From: an archaeon | Lineage (GTDB): Archaea > Nanobdellota > Nanobdellia > Pacearchaeales > DTIR01 | DNA length: 64,000 bases | NCBI GenBank assembly: GCA_043808285.1 | Contig: JAZDFA010000012.1 | Coordinates: 67,680 to 131,679, forward strand | Direction: 5' to 3' | Shown: positions 25,968 through 34,338 of the stretch, piece after piece | Position numbering within the stretch: position 1 is the first letter of the stretch | Layout: every line of letters begins with the position of its first letter | Program-made: the position numbers and the translations under genes | The notes under the pieces: generated by a model | The model's input: only the letters and a program-made list of their open reading frames with translations | Database searches by the model: none | What the model was told of the DNA's origin: nothing

Positions 25968-26096
25968 TTAGTCCCATGCATCACTGGAAGGCATCATTAG
26001 ACATCCTTCATCTGTTCTTCTGTGTTTGATGATCTGTTCTAAGAATACTTTCGTATTTTCTTTATCTTGTCTTTTCTGTTGATTTCTTTTTTTCAT
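25968..26096 (-). CDS. unannotated small ORF (42 aa), candidate precursor peptide for the adjacent radical SAM enzyme
   Basis: MKKRNQQKRQDKENTKVFLEQIIKHRRTDEGCLMMPSSDAWD. Stop TAA is one nt before the MNNREIY start of the radical SAM gene. AAAGATTTAAATAAAT promoter-like box about 30 nt upstream. Confidence 0.4.
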   Translation of the reverse strand: MKKRNQQKRQDKENTKVFLEQIIKHRRTDEGCLMMPSSDAWD

Positions 26097-26122
26097 TTTA
26101 TCTGTTATTCTTAAATGGTAAC

Positions 26123-26134
26123 ATTTATTTAAAT
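26123..26134 (-). promoter_or_regulatory. TATA-like box upstream of small ORF / radical SAM operon 1
   Basis: Minus strand reads AAAGATTTAAATAAAT, close to the window consensus AGAAAGATTTATAAATA. Centred about 33 nt from the ATG at 26096. Confidence 0.4.
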
Positions 26135-26140
26135 CTTTCG

Positions 26141-27586
26141 TTAAACTTTCTTAAACAAAATTTCGCCTTTCTTTATAGAAATCTCACTAAGAGGCTGGTC
26201 AAGCTGGCTTATGCTTTCTATCTTGAATCCTAAATCTGAAGCAATTTTCTCACTAGAAGAAGGAATAAAAGGATAGAGAAGAATTGCAATTGCTTTTATG
26301 CTATCAACTAATTCATAAAGAACACATTTGTCTTTTGTCTCCCATACTTTGTTTGATTGCACATACTCATTGCATACGTCGATAAATTCAAATATTAATG
26401 CAAGAGCTTTATCAAGCTCATAACTTTCCATGCATTCAGATATTTCTTTTAATTTAAGCTTGCCAACAAGCTTGTTGTCACATTTTTGGATTCCATATCT
26501 CTCTGCCAAAGCAAAAACTCTTGATACTAAATTTCCAAGCTTGTTTGCAAGCTCGTTATTGTGGCGTTCAATCAATGATGTTTCTGAAAAATCCCCGTCC
26601 TGCCCAAAAGGTGTTTCTCTGAATAAGAAGTATCTCAGAGTATCTACACAATATCTGTTAGAAATATTTAATGGGTCTACTACATTGCCTTTGCTTTTGC
26701 TCATTTTTTCACCATTCACAGTCCACCATCCATGCGCAAAAATTGTTTTGGGCAATTCAACATTTGCAGAAAGCAACATTGCAGGCCATATAACTGCGTG
26801 AAAGAATAGGATATCTTTTCCTATGAGATGGGTATCTGCTGGCCAAAATTTGTTAAAATTTTCTCCAGATGGCCAATCTACTCCAGAAAGATAGTTAGTA
26901 AGAGCGTCTGGCCAGACCCATAGTACAAAATTAGGGTCTATTGGGAATTCTACTCCCCACTTAAATTTGCTTCTTGTAAAACTTACATCTTTTAATCCTT
27001 CTCTAACCCTGTTAATCATTTCATTCCTTTTGGATTCTGGAAGAATAAATCTTGGATTTTTCTTATACACCTCTAATAACTTATCTTGATAATTGCTTAG
27101 CTTAAAGAAATAAGCCTCCTCTTCTATCTCTTTGACTTCTCTTAAACAACTTGGACATTTTCCTTCTGATAGATCTTTTTCAGTCCAGTAAGTTTCACAA
27201 GGGACACAGTAAAGACCATTATACTTTCCCTTGTAAATGTCTCCTTTTACAAGAATCTTATTTATTATTTCTTTTACATTTCTTTCATGTTTCTTATCTG
27301 TTGTCCTTATAAAACCAGAGAATCTAATGTTTAATTTATCCCATGCATTCTTAAAATCTTCTACAAGAATATCAACGTACTCTTTAGGGTCTTTATTTGC
27401 ATTTTTTGCAGCTTCTTCTAGCTTTTGCCCATGTTCATCTGTTCCTGTAAGGAAGAATACCTCTTTACCTAATAATATATTCCATCTAGCAAGGATATCT
27501 GCAGCTATTGTTGTATATGCAGTACCTAAATGTGGTTTTGCAGTGGGGTAATAAATTGGTGTTGTTATGTAAAATTTGTTTTCCAT
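26141..27586 (-). CDS. metG: methionyl-tRNA synthetase (core enzyme)
   Basis: 481 aa. HLGTAYT (HIGH-type), Zn knuckle CVPCE..CPSC, KMSKSKGN. Confidence 0.95.
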   Translation of the reverse strand: MENKFYITTPIYYPTAKPHLGTAYTTIAADILARWNILLGKEVFFLTGTDEHGQKLEEAAKNANKDPKEYVDILVEDFKNAWDKLNIRFSGFIRTTDKKHERNVKEIINKILVKGDIYKGKYNGLYCVPCETYWTEKDLSEGKCPSCLREVKEIEEEAYFFKLSNYQDKLLEVYKKNPRFILPESKRNEMINRVREGLKDVSFTRSKFKWGVEFPIDPNFVLWVWPDALTNYLSGVDWPSGENFNKFWPADTHLIGKDILFFHAVIWPAMLLSANVELPKTIFAHGWWTVNGEKMSKSKGNVVDPLNISNRYCVDTLRYFLFRETPFGQDGDFSETSLIERHNNELANKLGNLVSRVFALAERYGIQKCDNKLVGKLKLKEISECMESYELDKALALIFEFIDVCNEYVQSNKVWETKDKCVLYELVDSIKAIAILLYPFIPSSSEKIASDLGFKIESISQLDQPLSEISIKKGEILFKKV

Positions 27587-27656
27587 TAATTTAGGTCTAT
27601 CCTCTTCCTTTTATTTCTTTCTAAACCATTTTTGCAAACCCTTACATTTGCATTTT

Positions 27657-28164
27657 TTATGTCAAGAACACTTGACAAAAACCACATACCATACTTTAGT
27701 ATGCGGTAGCGTGTTCCTGAGCACAAGAAAATCTTGTTTGATTTTCTTATGCCGGAAATTCCTAAGGAAGAATTTCCTTGCATCCTAACAGGGGGAATCT
27801 TTTGATGTCAGAAATGTGGTTCAAACCGCACCCCGCAAAAAGCTTTGCTTTTCGGGGCATAGAAAACCGCTAGAGGTTTTCTCTGCTTTAGGGTGCATTT
27901 CTGATCATCCTAACCTCGAAAACCTTTTGGTTTTCGGGGCCCTGAAAATCCAGTAGGATTTTCTTGGAATTCCAAGCAAACCGCACCTCCGCGAAAACAT
28001 CTTGTTTTCGGGGCATAGGAAATTAGTAAATTTCCTCTGTTTAAGGTGCGGTAAAACTCAAGGAATTTTTTGATTCCCAATGTCCCGAAAAGCTAAGCTT
28101 TTCGCGAAGTTGCACGCAAACTTCCACCTTTTAAGGTGGAAGTAACACACAGCAACTTTTTGAT
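27657..28164 (+). repeat. modular hairpin repeat locus R5, largest composite array (508 nt)
   Basis: At least four full modules plus eight simple GAAAANC/GNTTTTC hairpins. Ends with CAGCAACTTTTTGAT. Track ORFs here (27576..27788, 27586..27783) are translations of the repeat. Confidence 0.9.
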
Positions 28165-28185
28165 CTTTTTGTTGTCACCATAAAG

Positions 28186-28195
28186 TTTATAAAAA
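28186..28195 (+). promoter_or_regulatory. TATA box for small ORF / radical SAM operon 2
   Basis: TTTATAAAAA centred 25 nt upstream of the ATG at 28215 (leaderless spacing). Confidence 0.45.
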
Positions 28196-28214
28196 ATGAT
28201 TCATAATCAAAACT

Positions 28215-28328
28215 ATGGAATCCAAAAAAGCAGATAATAAAAATGTCTTATCTGTAGCTAAGAAGGCATTATCTGAAAAAGATGTTTTAATGTCTTATTC
28301 AGAGGCATATGGCGGAGAAAGCTCATAA
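28215..28328 (+). CDS. unannotated small ORF (37 aa), candidate precursor peptide
   Basis: MESKKADNKNVLSVAKKALSEKDVLMSYSEAYGGESS. Ends 19 nt before the ATG at 28348, which is preceded by GGGG. Below the track cutoff. Confidence 0.4.
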   Translation: MESKKADNKNVLSVAKKALSEKDVLMSYSEAYGGESS

Positions 28329-28347
28329 TTTTAAGATAGGGGTTATT

Positions 28348-29448
28348 ATGAACTTAACCGCAGTAGTAGAAGTTACTGAAAATTGTAATCTTGAATGTAC
28401 ATTTTGCCTTAGAAATTCATTTAAGAGCGAGATAATGACCCTCAAAACCCTTGAAAAGATAATTTCTCATGTCCTTAATTTCAGCACAGATAGAGTAGAT
28501 TTTATATGGCATGGAGGAGAGCCTCTAATTGCTGGAATTGATTTTTTTAAGAGAGTAAAAGAACTGCAGAATAAATATAACAAAAATAACTTGAAGATTG
28601 TCAATAATGTTCAAACAAATGCAATTCTTTTGAATGAGGATTTTATCAAATTTTTTGAGAAAGAGGGATTTATTATAGGAACGAGCATACAAGGAACAAA
28701 AAGAATACACGATTCTTCAAGAGTGGATAATTTAGGGAATCCAACTTTTGAGAGAGTAATAAAGAATATATCAAAATTGAAGAAGAAACCCTCTGCAATA
28801 ATTGTTCTGACCAAACAGATATTAGGCAAGGAAAAACCAATCTACAAAGAGATGAAAAAATATACTTCAGGATTCAGAATTTCAGAGTACTTCCCAAAAA
28901 ATAAACTAGATCTCACATCTAAGGATACTAAATTAATGCCTACACCTAGAGAATATGCGAAATCCATGATGAGGTTTTATAACTTATGGAAAAAAGATAA
29001 AAATCCTATTGAGATAAGGCCAATTACAGAGTTTATCCGAGGGATGATAAAGGGTCAATGTGGAGGATGCCTCTACTCTCAGAAAGCATGTAATTTTTCA
29101 GTAATAGGTGTGGATCATAAAGGAGATTTCTATACTTGTATGAGGAGTTTTGGGAATAAGAGATATTTCTTTGGGAATGTATCAGACAGACCCTTAAGCA
29201 AACGAACAAAAATATCAAAAAATAATATGTCTGAAAGATTATACCCTCTAAAAAACAAAGAATGCAAAGATTGCAGATTTTGGAATCAGTGCAATGGCGG
29301 ATGCCCCCAAGAATCTTTATCGCTATATGGAGATATAATTCATAAGGCATTTTATTGTAATGGAAGAAAAATACTTTTTGAAGAGATAGAAAAAGATTTA
29401 GGAGGAAAAGATGGAATTTCTAGAATACTGCAAACGCAAAAATCCTGA
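28348..29448 (+). CDS. radical SAM/SPASM-domain enzyme (anaerobic sulfatase maturase-like family)
   Basis: ORF 28309..29448; start preferred at MNLTAVVEV (28348). CNLECTFC; GGEPL; SPASM Cys pattern CGGCLYSQKAC..DFYTC..CKDCRFWNQCNGGCPQE..YC. Confidence 0.8.
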   Translation: MNLTAVVEVTENCNLECTFCLRNSFKSEIMTLKTLEKIISHVLNFSTDRVDFIWHGGEPLIAGIDFFKRVKELQNKYNKNNLKIVNNVQTNAILLNEDFIKFFEKEGFIIGTSIQGTKRIHDSSRVDNLGNPTFERVIKNISKLKKKPSAIIVLTKQILGKEKPIYKEMKKYTSGFRISEYFPKNKLDLTSKDTKLMPTPREYAKSMMRFYNLWKKDKNPIEIRPITEFIRGMIKGQCGGCLYSQKACNFSVIGVDHKGDFYTCMRSFGNKRYFFGNVSDRPLSKRTKISKNNMSERLYPLKNKECKDCRFWNQCNGGCPQESLSLYGDIIHKAFYCNGRKILFEEIEKDLGGKDGISRILQTQKS

Positions 29449-30232
29449 GATGTTAGTAAAAACAGAACAGAGCGAAACTTTTGTTTTTGAAGAGAATAAT
29501 AAAAAGATTATTTGCAAAAGATTCCAGCATCCAAAAAGCAGACAAAAAGAAGAAATGGCTCAGAGATATCTCATGGAAAAAAATATTATTATGGTTCCAA
29601 GACTAACATTTTCTGGAGAGGATTTTCTTGAAATGGAATTTATAGAGAAATTGAGAGAACCTTCCAATGAAGAAATAATAAGAAATATCAGCAATTTATA
29701 CAAAGAGACATTGGATAACCCTCCAACCAGACTGTTTCAGACAGTAGATTTAAGCAAGGAAAAAATATTCCATAGATTGTCCTATCTTGTTGAGGAATTT
29801 GACAAATCAAAAGTTAATGAGGAAGGCATTTTAATGGAATCTGAAGTATTTGTTAAAAAGAAGTATGATGCCTCTCCTCATATATGTTTAGTGCATGGAG
29901 ATCTAAAATCAATTCATTGCATTCCATCAGAAAAAGGTCTATTTTTTGTGGATTTTGGATTAACTGGGATTGCAAGTCCTTGGTACGACCTTGCTTTCCT
30001 TTACCTTGAAAAGAAAGATAAAACGGGATTACTGGAAGATTTGGCTAAAAATGCATATGGTTATTTATCCGAAAAATTAAAAGTGAACGAAGAAGAATCT
30101 CTAGAATATCTAAAGTCTGGAGTATTTTATAGGTGTTTGTACAATCTTGGTTTTGCATTAAGGCACAGACCAATAAAAATAATAGAACGAACCAAAAAAG
30201 AATTAAAGGAGATATTACAGACAAATATATGA
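29411..30232 (+). CDS. protein-kinase-fold phosphotransferase (Bud32/RIO/APH-like)
   Basis: 273 aa. ICKRF (catalytic Lys context), LVHGDLKSIH, VDFGLTG. Overlaps the radical SAM gene by 38 nt. Confidence 0.6.
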   Translation: MEFLEYCKRKNPEMLVKTEQSETFVFEENNKKIICKRFQHPKSRQKEEMAQRYLMEKNIIMVPRLTFSGEDFLEMEFIEKLREPSNEEIIRNISNLYKETLDNPPTRLFQTVDLSKEKIFHRLSYLVEEFDKSKVNEEGILMESEVFVKKKYDASPHICLVHGDLKSIHCIPSEKGLFFVDFGLTGIASPWYDLAFLYLEKKDKTGLLEDLAKNAYGYLSEKLKVNEEESLEYLKSGVFYRCLYNLGFALRHRPIKIIERTKKELKEILQTNI

Positions 30233-30798
30233 GACTCTATCTAATAAGACATGCAGAAAGAGGGCATGGGGAAGAACAAGATACTCTTACTTCTGAGGGA
30301 ATGGAACAATCAAAAAAATTGGCAGAGTATCTTAAGAAAATAAATGTAGATAAGATAATTTGTGCTGATACAAATAGGGCTAGAAAAACAGCAGAACCTT
30401 TTCTGCTGTTTAATCTTAAGAATATAACTATAGAATACACAAAAGAAGCTAATGAGCAGGACATTGGAGACCTGCATGGAAAGACTGGACAAGAATGGAG
30501 AGATGCTGTTAGTAATTCCGGATTAAAAAAAGAGGAATTTACCCCCCCGAATGGAGAAAGTGCGATTGATGCATATAACCGGGCAGTATTATTTGTAGAT
30601 AGATTGAAGAAAGAGGGAGCAAAGAATATTTTGGTTTTTTCTCATTCAGGGTTTATATCTAATGTTGCATCAATTTTATTGGGCAAAATAAGGCAAGAGA
30701 GCACCAATTATAAATCTGATTTTTGCGCATTAACCTACTTTGAATTATCAAATGATTTTAAGGTTAAGGATTATAAAATTAATGAGAAAATAATTTAA
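30229..30798 (+). CDS. histidine phosphatase family protein (PGAM/SixA-like)
   Basis: ORF 30133..30798, start moved to MRLYLIRHAERGHG (ATG 30229 overlaps the kinase stop as ATGA). RHAE, TNRARKTAEP, VFSHSGFI. Confidence 0.75.
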   Translation: MRLYLIRHAERGHGEEQDTLTSEGMEQSKKLAEYLKKINVDKIICADTNRARKTAEPFLLFNLKNITIEYTKEANEQDIGDLHGKTGQEWRDAVSNSGLKKEEFTPPNGESAIDAYNRAVLFVDRLKKEGAKNILVFSHSGFISNVASILLGKIRQESTNYKSDFCALTYFELSNDFKVKDYKINEKII

Positions 30799-30801
30799 AC
30801 T

Positions 30802-32127
30802 TTAAGGAGTCAGTCTATCCCTATCTCTTGGGAAAAGGCAAGCCTCTCTTATGTTATCAAGCTCGAGTAAAGCCATGGTGAATCTTTCAAGCCCGATTGA
30901 CCATCCGGAGTGGATGGGAGCACCGTATCTAAAAGAATCAACATAAGACTTGAAATTATCTGGGTTAAGGCCTTTCATCTTTAGCTGCTCTATTAATAAT
31001 TCTGGAAGATGCACTCGCTGACCACCAGAAGAAATTTCTATTCCCCCATAAAGCGCATCAAACCCTTTCGATATCATTTCATCTTCATCAAGAGTCTTTG
31101 GCATTATGTAGAAAGGCTTTACTTTTCTTGACCAATCATGAACTAATAAAACAGTATTTGGGAATAGCTCGCAAAGTTTTCTTTCTCCTTCAGGAGAGAT
31201 ATCATCATCAATTTCAACTCCATTTTTCTTTAGCAAATCAACCGTTTCCTGGAAAGTAAGATATTTTTCAGCAGGCACTTCAACTTCAACTTTTAATAAT
31301 TCCAGTTCTTTCTTGCAATTCTCTTTAACTTTTTTTACCATATGCTGGACAACACTAGTGATATACTTCATAACGCCAAATTCATCTTCAAAGGCAACTT
31401 CAATATCCATCTGTCTTGATTCATTTAGATGCCTTATTGTATTATGTTTTTCAGCTCTCCAAACAGGAGTAATGCAGAATACTTTCTCAAAAGAACATGC
31501 AGCCATCTGCTTGTATAATTGAGGTGACTGAGCAAGATAAGCATTTTTTTCAAAATATTTTACTGGAAATAATTCTGTTCCGCCTTCAGAAGCACTTGAG
31601 ATTATTGAAGGGGGTTGAATCTGCATAAATCCATTTGATTTAAAAAATTCCTGGAAAGAATATGATATTTCAGATTGAATCTTGAATATTGCTTGAGTCC
31701 TTGCACTGTGAAAGTCCACTGCACGATTATCCAGTCTCTTAGGCAATTCTGTCTTGGAATAATCAGTAACATCAATAGGAAGCATTAATTCAGACTTTCC
31801 AATAATCTTTATGCTGTCTGGAAGTATCTCTCTCCCACCAGGAGCTTGCTTGCTTTCTTTTACTTTTCCTACTACCTCAACTGAGGATTCATGCGGAATT
31901 TTTGAGAATAAATCAAATACTTCTGGGGGTGTTTCACTCTTAACACCAGTTACTTGTATTACTCCTGAAATATCCCTTAATACCATAAATTTTACTTTGC
32001 TTAGGTCTCTTATTTCTTTTACCCATCCTTTTAGGACTATTTCTTTGCCAAAATCTGCAGGGGTAATGTCTTTTATGAGCACTCTTTTAGCTTCTTTGTC
32101 AACCATAATTTTTACACTAGATAGCAA
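30802..32127 (-). CDS. aspS: aspartyl-tRNA synthetase (archaeal type)
   Basis: 441 aa. OB-fold N-domain (KFMVLRDISGVIQV). Class II motifs FRAE-like WRAEKHNT, GGIEISSGGQR, GWSIGLERF. Alternative start at M8. Confidence 0.9.
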   Translation of the reverse strand: MLSSVKIMVDKEAKRVLIKDITPADFGKEIVLKGWVKEIRDLSKVKFMVLRDISGVIQVTGVKSETPPEVFDLFSKIPHESSVEVVGKVKESKQAPGGREILPDSIKIIGKSELMLPIDVTDYSKTELPKRLDNRAVDFHSARTQAIFKIQSEISYSFQEFFKSNGFMQIQPPSIISSASEGGTELFPVKYFEKNAYLAQSPQLYKQMAACSFEKVFCITPVWRAEKHNTIRHLNESRQMDIEVAFEDEFGVMKYITSVVQHMVKKVKENCKKELELLKVEVEVPAEKYLTFQETVDLLKKNGVEIDDDISPEGERKLCELFPNTVLLVHDWSRKVKPFYIMPKTLDEDEMISKGFDALYGGIEISSGGQRVHLPELLIEQLKMKGLNPDNFKSYVDSFRYGAPIHSGWSIGLERFTMALLELDNIREACLFPRDRDRLTP

Positions 32128-32182
32128 TATATAAATCTTGTCTATTCATAAATTATTTAAACATCTTTTAGTTTAGCAATGC

Positions 32183-32722
32183 ATGAAAAGAGGGTTTTTA
32201 TCTTTAAAAAAGGCTGAAACAATGGGTATGCCTTTCCAGATGATTTTTTCATTGTTCTTAATTGCAGTATTCTTTGTTGTTGCTTTCTTTTCAATAATGA
32301 ACTTCCTGAGCGTGCAGAATTGCGCCCAAGTGGGATTGTTTCAAAGAGAATTACAGGAAAAGATAGATTCAATATGGAACGCCCAGTCAGCAGAAAATGT
32401 ATTCGAGGGAAAACTTCCAGGCTCAGTTGAATATGTATGCTTTCTAAATTTCACAAGACCCAAAACATTAACAGGATTGGATAGTGAAGGAAGGGATATT
32501 GCAAACAAGGTATATAATGATTTAAGCGTCTTTTACAAGTTTAAGAAGGCGAATCTTTTCCTATATCCTACAAAGGGTGCTTGCGATATGTCTTACAAGC
32601 TTCTTAAGCACATCGATGCAAGCAGTACTTCAAATCCTTATTGCATAAAGAATACCGGAAAGATAAGCATAAGCTTATACAAGGGATTTGATGATGTTTA
32701 TGTAAAAGTAAGGCAGCAGTAA
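32183..32722 (+). CDS. type IV pilin-like protein (class III signal peptide)
   Basis: MKRGFLSLKKA|ETMGMPFQMIFSLFLIAVFFVVAFF. Basic residues, Ala, then a hydrophobic helix. Confidence 0.5.
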   Translation: MKRGFLSLKKAETMGMPFQMIFSLFLIAVFFVVAFFSIMNFLSVQNCAQVGLFQRELQEKIDSIWNAQSAENVFEGKLPGSVEYVCFLNFTRPKTLTGLDSEGRDIANKVYNDLSVFYKFKKANLFLYPTKGACDMSYKLLKHIDASSTSNPYCIKNTGKISISLYKGFDDVYVKVRQQ

Positions 32723-32728
32723 AATCAT

Positions 32729-32868
32729 AAAAACCTCTGTTTTACTGGGGGTTTTCACGAAAAGCAAAGCTTTTCGAGTCCCCGAAAAACAAGAAGGTTT
32801 TTCTTGGTTAGGATGCAAGGAAATTCGAAAGAATTTCCGGCACAGAAAATCCTAGAGGATTTTCTTGT
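32729..32868 (-). repeat. modular hairpin repeat locus R6 (reverse, lacks the TGTCA terminal block)
   Basis: CGAAAAGC/GCTTTTCG, GAAAAAC/GTTTTTC, GGTTAGGATGC (reverse complement of GCATCCTAACC), GGAAATTC/GAATTTCC, AGAAAATCC/GGATTTTCT. Confidence 0.8.
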
Positions 32869-32885
32869 GATTCAAAATTAAAAAA

Positions 32886-33884
32886 ATGAACTTCAAAAAA
32901 AAAGATTTAAAATTTATGGACATTGGAAGAAAGAAAGCACAAATGCAGTTTAATTGGATTTTTTCTATTGTAGTGGGGGCAGTTATAATCTTTCTTGCAT
33001 TATTTTTTGCAAGTCGTTCTATTAACATGCAGCAATACAAGTATGATTCAGAGATAGCTGAAAAACTTTCAGTGCTGCTTGATCCTTTGGAGAGTGGCAT
33101 GGGGAGTGCATCAATTGATGTGATAAAAATGCCTGCAGACACAAGAATAAGCATGAAATGCAAATATGAGGGAATAGGCAGGCAGGAGCTAAGAATTGCC
33201 ACAAAGAATAGTGTTGGAAGTGAGTGGCAGGAATTTGGGGCTATACAGAGCATATACAACAAGTATGTATTTTCAAGAGACTTGGAAGAAGGCAAAGAGC
33301 TTTACATCTTTTCAAAGCAGTTTAAGATGCCATTTGATGTTGCAAATTTGATATACCTAACGGCAGGAAATTATTGTTTCATTTCTCCTCCAGACAGCCT
33401 CTCTTATGAGCTAAAGGACTTGAACGCAACCAATATGAAGGTTACTAATAGGAAGCAGGATTGCAAGAAGGGGAGCATAAGTGTGTGCTTCAATAACCCT
33501 TCATGCGATGTAGTTGTTAATGGATTATGCTATGGATACGGCTGCAATAGTCTATATGATTACGGGTATGTGCAGCAGGGAAATGAAAAGTCTTATTTCT
33601 TGGGAGATGCATTGCTTTATGGTGCGATATTTTCAAAGCCAGATTTTTACAATTGCACTGTGAAGAGGCTATTGAACCGGATAAGCATGCTTTCGAAGCT
33701 TTATGCAGAGAAGACAAAGCTTTTAGATTCAAGAGGGTGTATGACTGGAGAACTCTCAAAAAAACTGATAGATTTAAGCTATGAGGCATCAGGCTTGATA
33801 GCATTATCAAATATAATGCCGTTAAATGATAAATCAATTGAGGTGGAATATGAGAATGAGGCACTTATATGCAGGGCGTGGTAA
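32886..33884 (+). CDS. type IV pilin-like protein (class III signal peptide), 332 aa
   Basis: GRKKA|QMQFNWIFSIVVGAVIIFLALFFA. Confidence 0.5.
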   Translation: MNFKKKDLKFMDIGRKKAQMQFNWIFSIVVGAVIIFLALFFASRSINMQQYKYDSEIAEKLSVLLDPLESGMGSASIDVIKMPADTRISMKCKYEGIGRQELRIATKNSVGSEWQEFGAIQSIYNKYVFSRDLEEGKELYIFSKQFKMPFDVANLIYLTAGNYCFISPPDSLSYELKDLNATNMKVTNRKQDCKKGSISVCFNNPSCDVVVNGLCYGYGCNSLYDYGYVQQGNEKSYFLGDALLYGAIFSKPDFYNCTVKRLLNRISMLSKLYAEKTKLLDSRGCMTGELSKKLIDLSYEASGLIALSNIMPLNDKSIEVEYENEALICRAW

Positions 33885-34338
33885 GGCCCAATTAAAGATA
33901 CAGGAAACAGCTTTTATGCTGCTAGGTCTAGCAATGCTTTTTGCATTAATACTGATAATCTATGCAAATATGCAGGTTAAGCAATTATATTCTGAAAAGA
34001 ATCAACTGAAGGCAGAGAGAGCGATTAATTTGCTGGGCAAACTAGCGGCAATGCCTGAGCTGTCTTGTATAATCGGGAATTGCATAGATATGGATAAGGC
34101 ATTAGCAATCAGGAATGTTTCAGGCTATGAGAATCTTTGGAAGGGGTTAAGTTCAATAAAGATAGTTACAATATACCCCAACCAGTCAAGCATTACAATA
34201 TATGACAAAGGAAAGAAAGACATAACATATTCATCTTACGTCCCATTATGCAGGACTGCATACAAAGACGGATATGTATGGCAGGACTGTGATGTTGCAA
34301 AGCTGTTAGTTTCAGTTGAAGAGGTGAAACCAAAATGA
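33850..34338 (+). CDS. type IV pilin-like protein (class III signal peptide)
   Basis: ORF 33826..34338, start moved to MRMRHLYAGRGKA|QLKIQETAFMLLGLAMLFALILII. GAGGTGG lies 4 nt upstream of the ATG at 33850. Confidence 0.5.
   Translation: MRMRHLYAGRGKAQLKIQETAFMLLGLAMLFALILIIYANMQVKQLYSEKNQLKAERAINLLGKLAAMPELSCIIGNCIDMDKALAIRNVSGYENLWKGLSSIKIVTIYPNQSSITIYDKGKKDITYSSYVPLCRTAYKDGYVWQDCDVAKLLVSVEEVKPK

Noticed and set aside
27657-28164. Possible CRISPR array, because of many short repeated palindromic units
   Set aside because: Units are heterogeneous and irregularly spaced, they nest within each other, and there are no unique spacers of constant length. No cas genes other than a lone Cas4-like nuclease 18 kb away.
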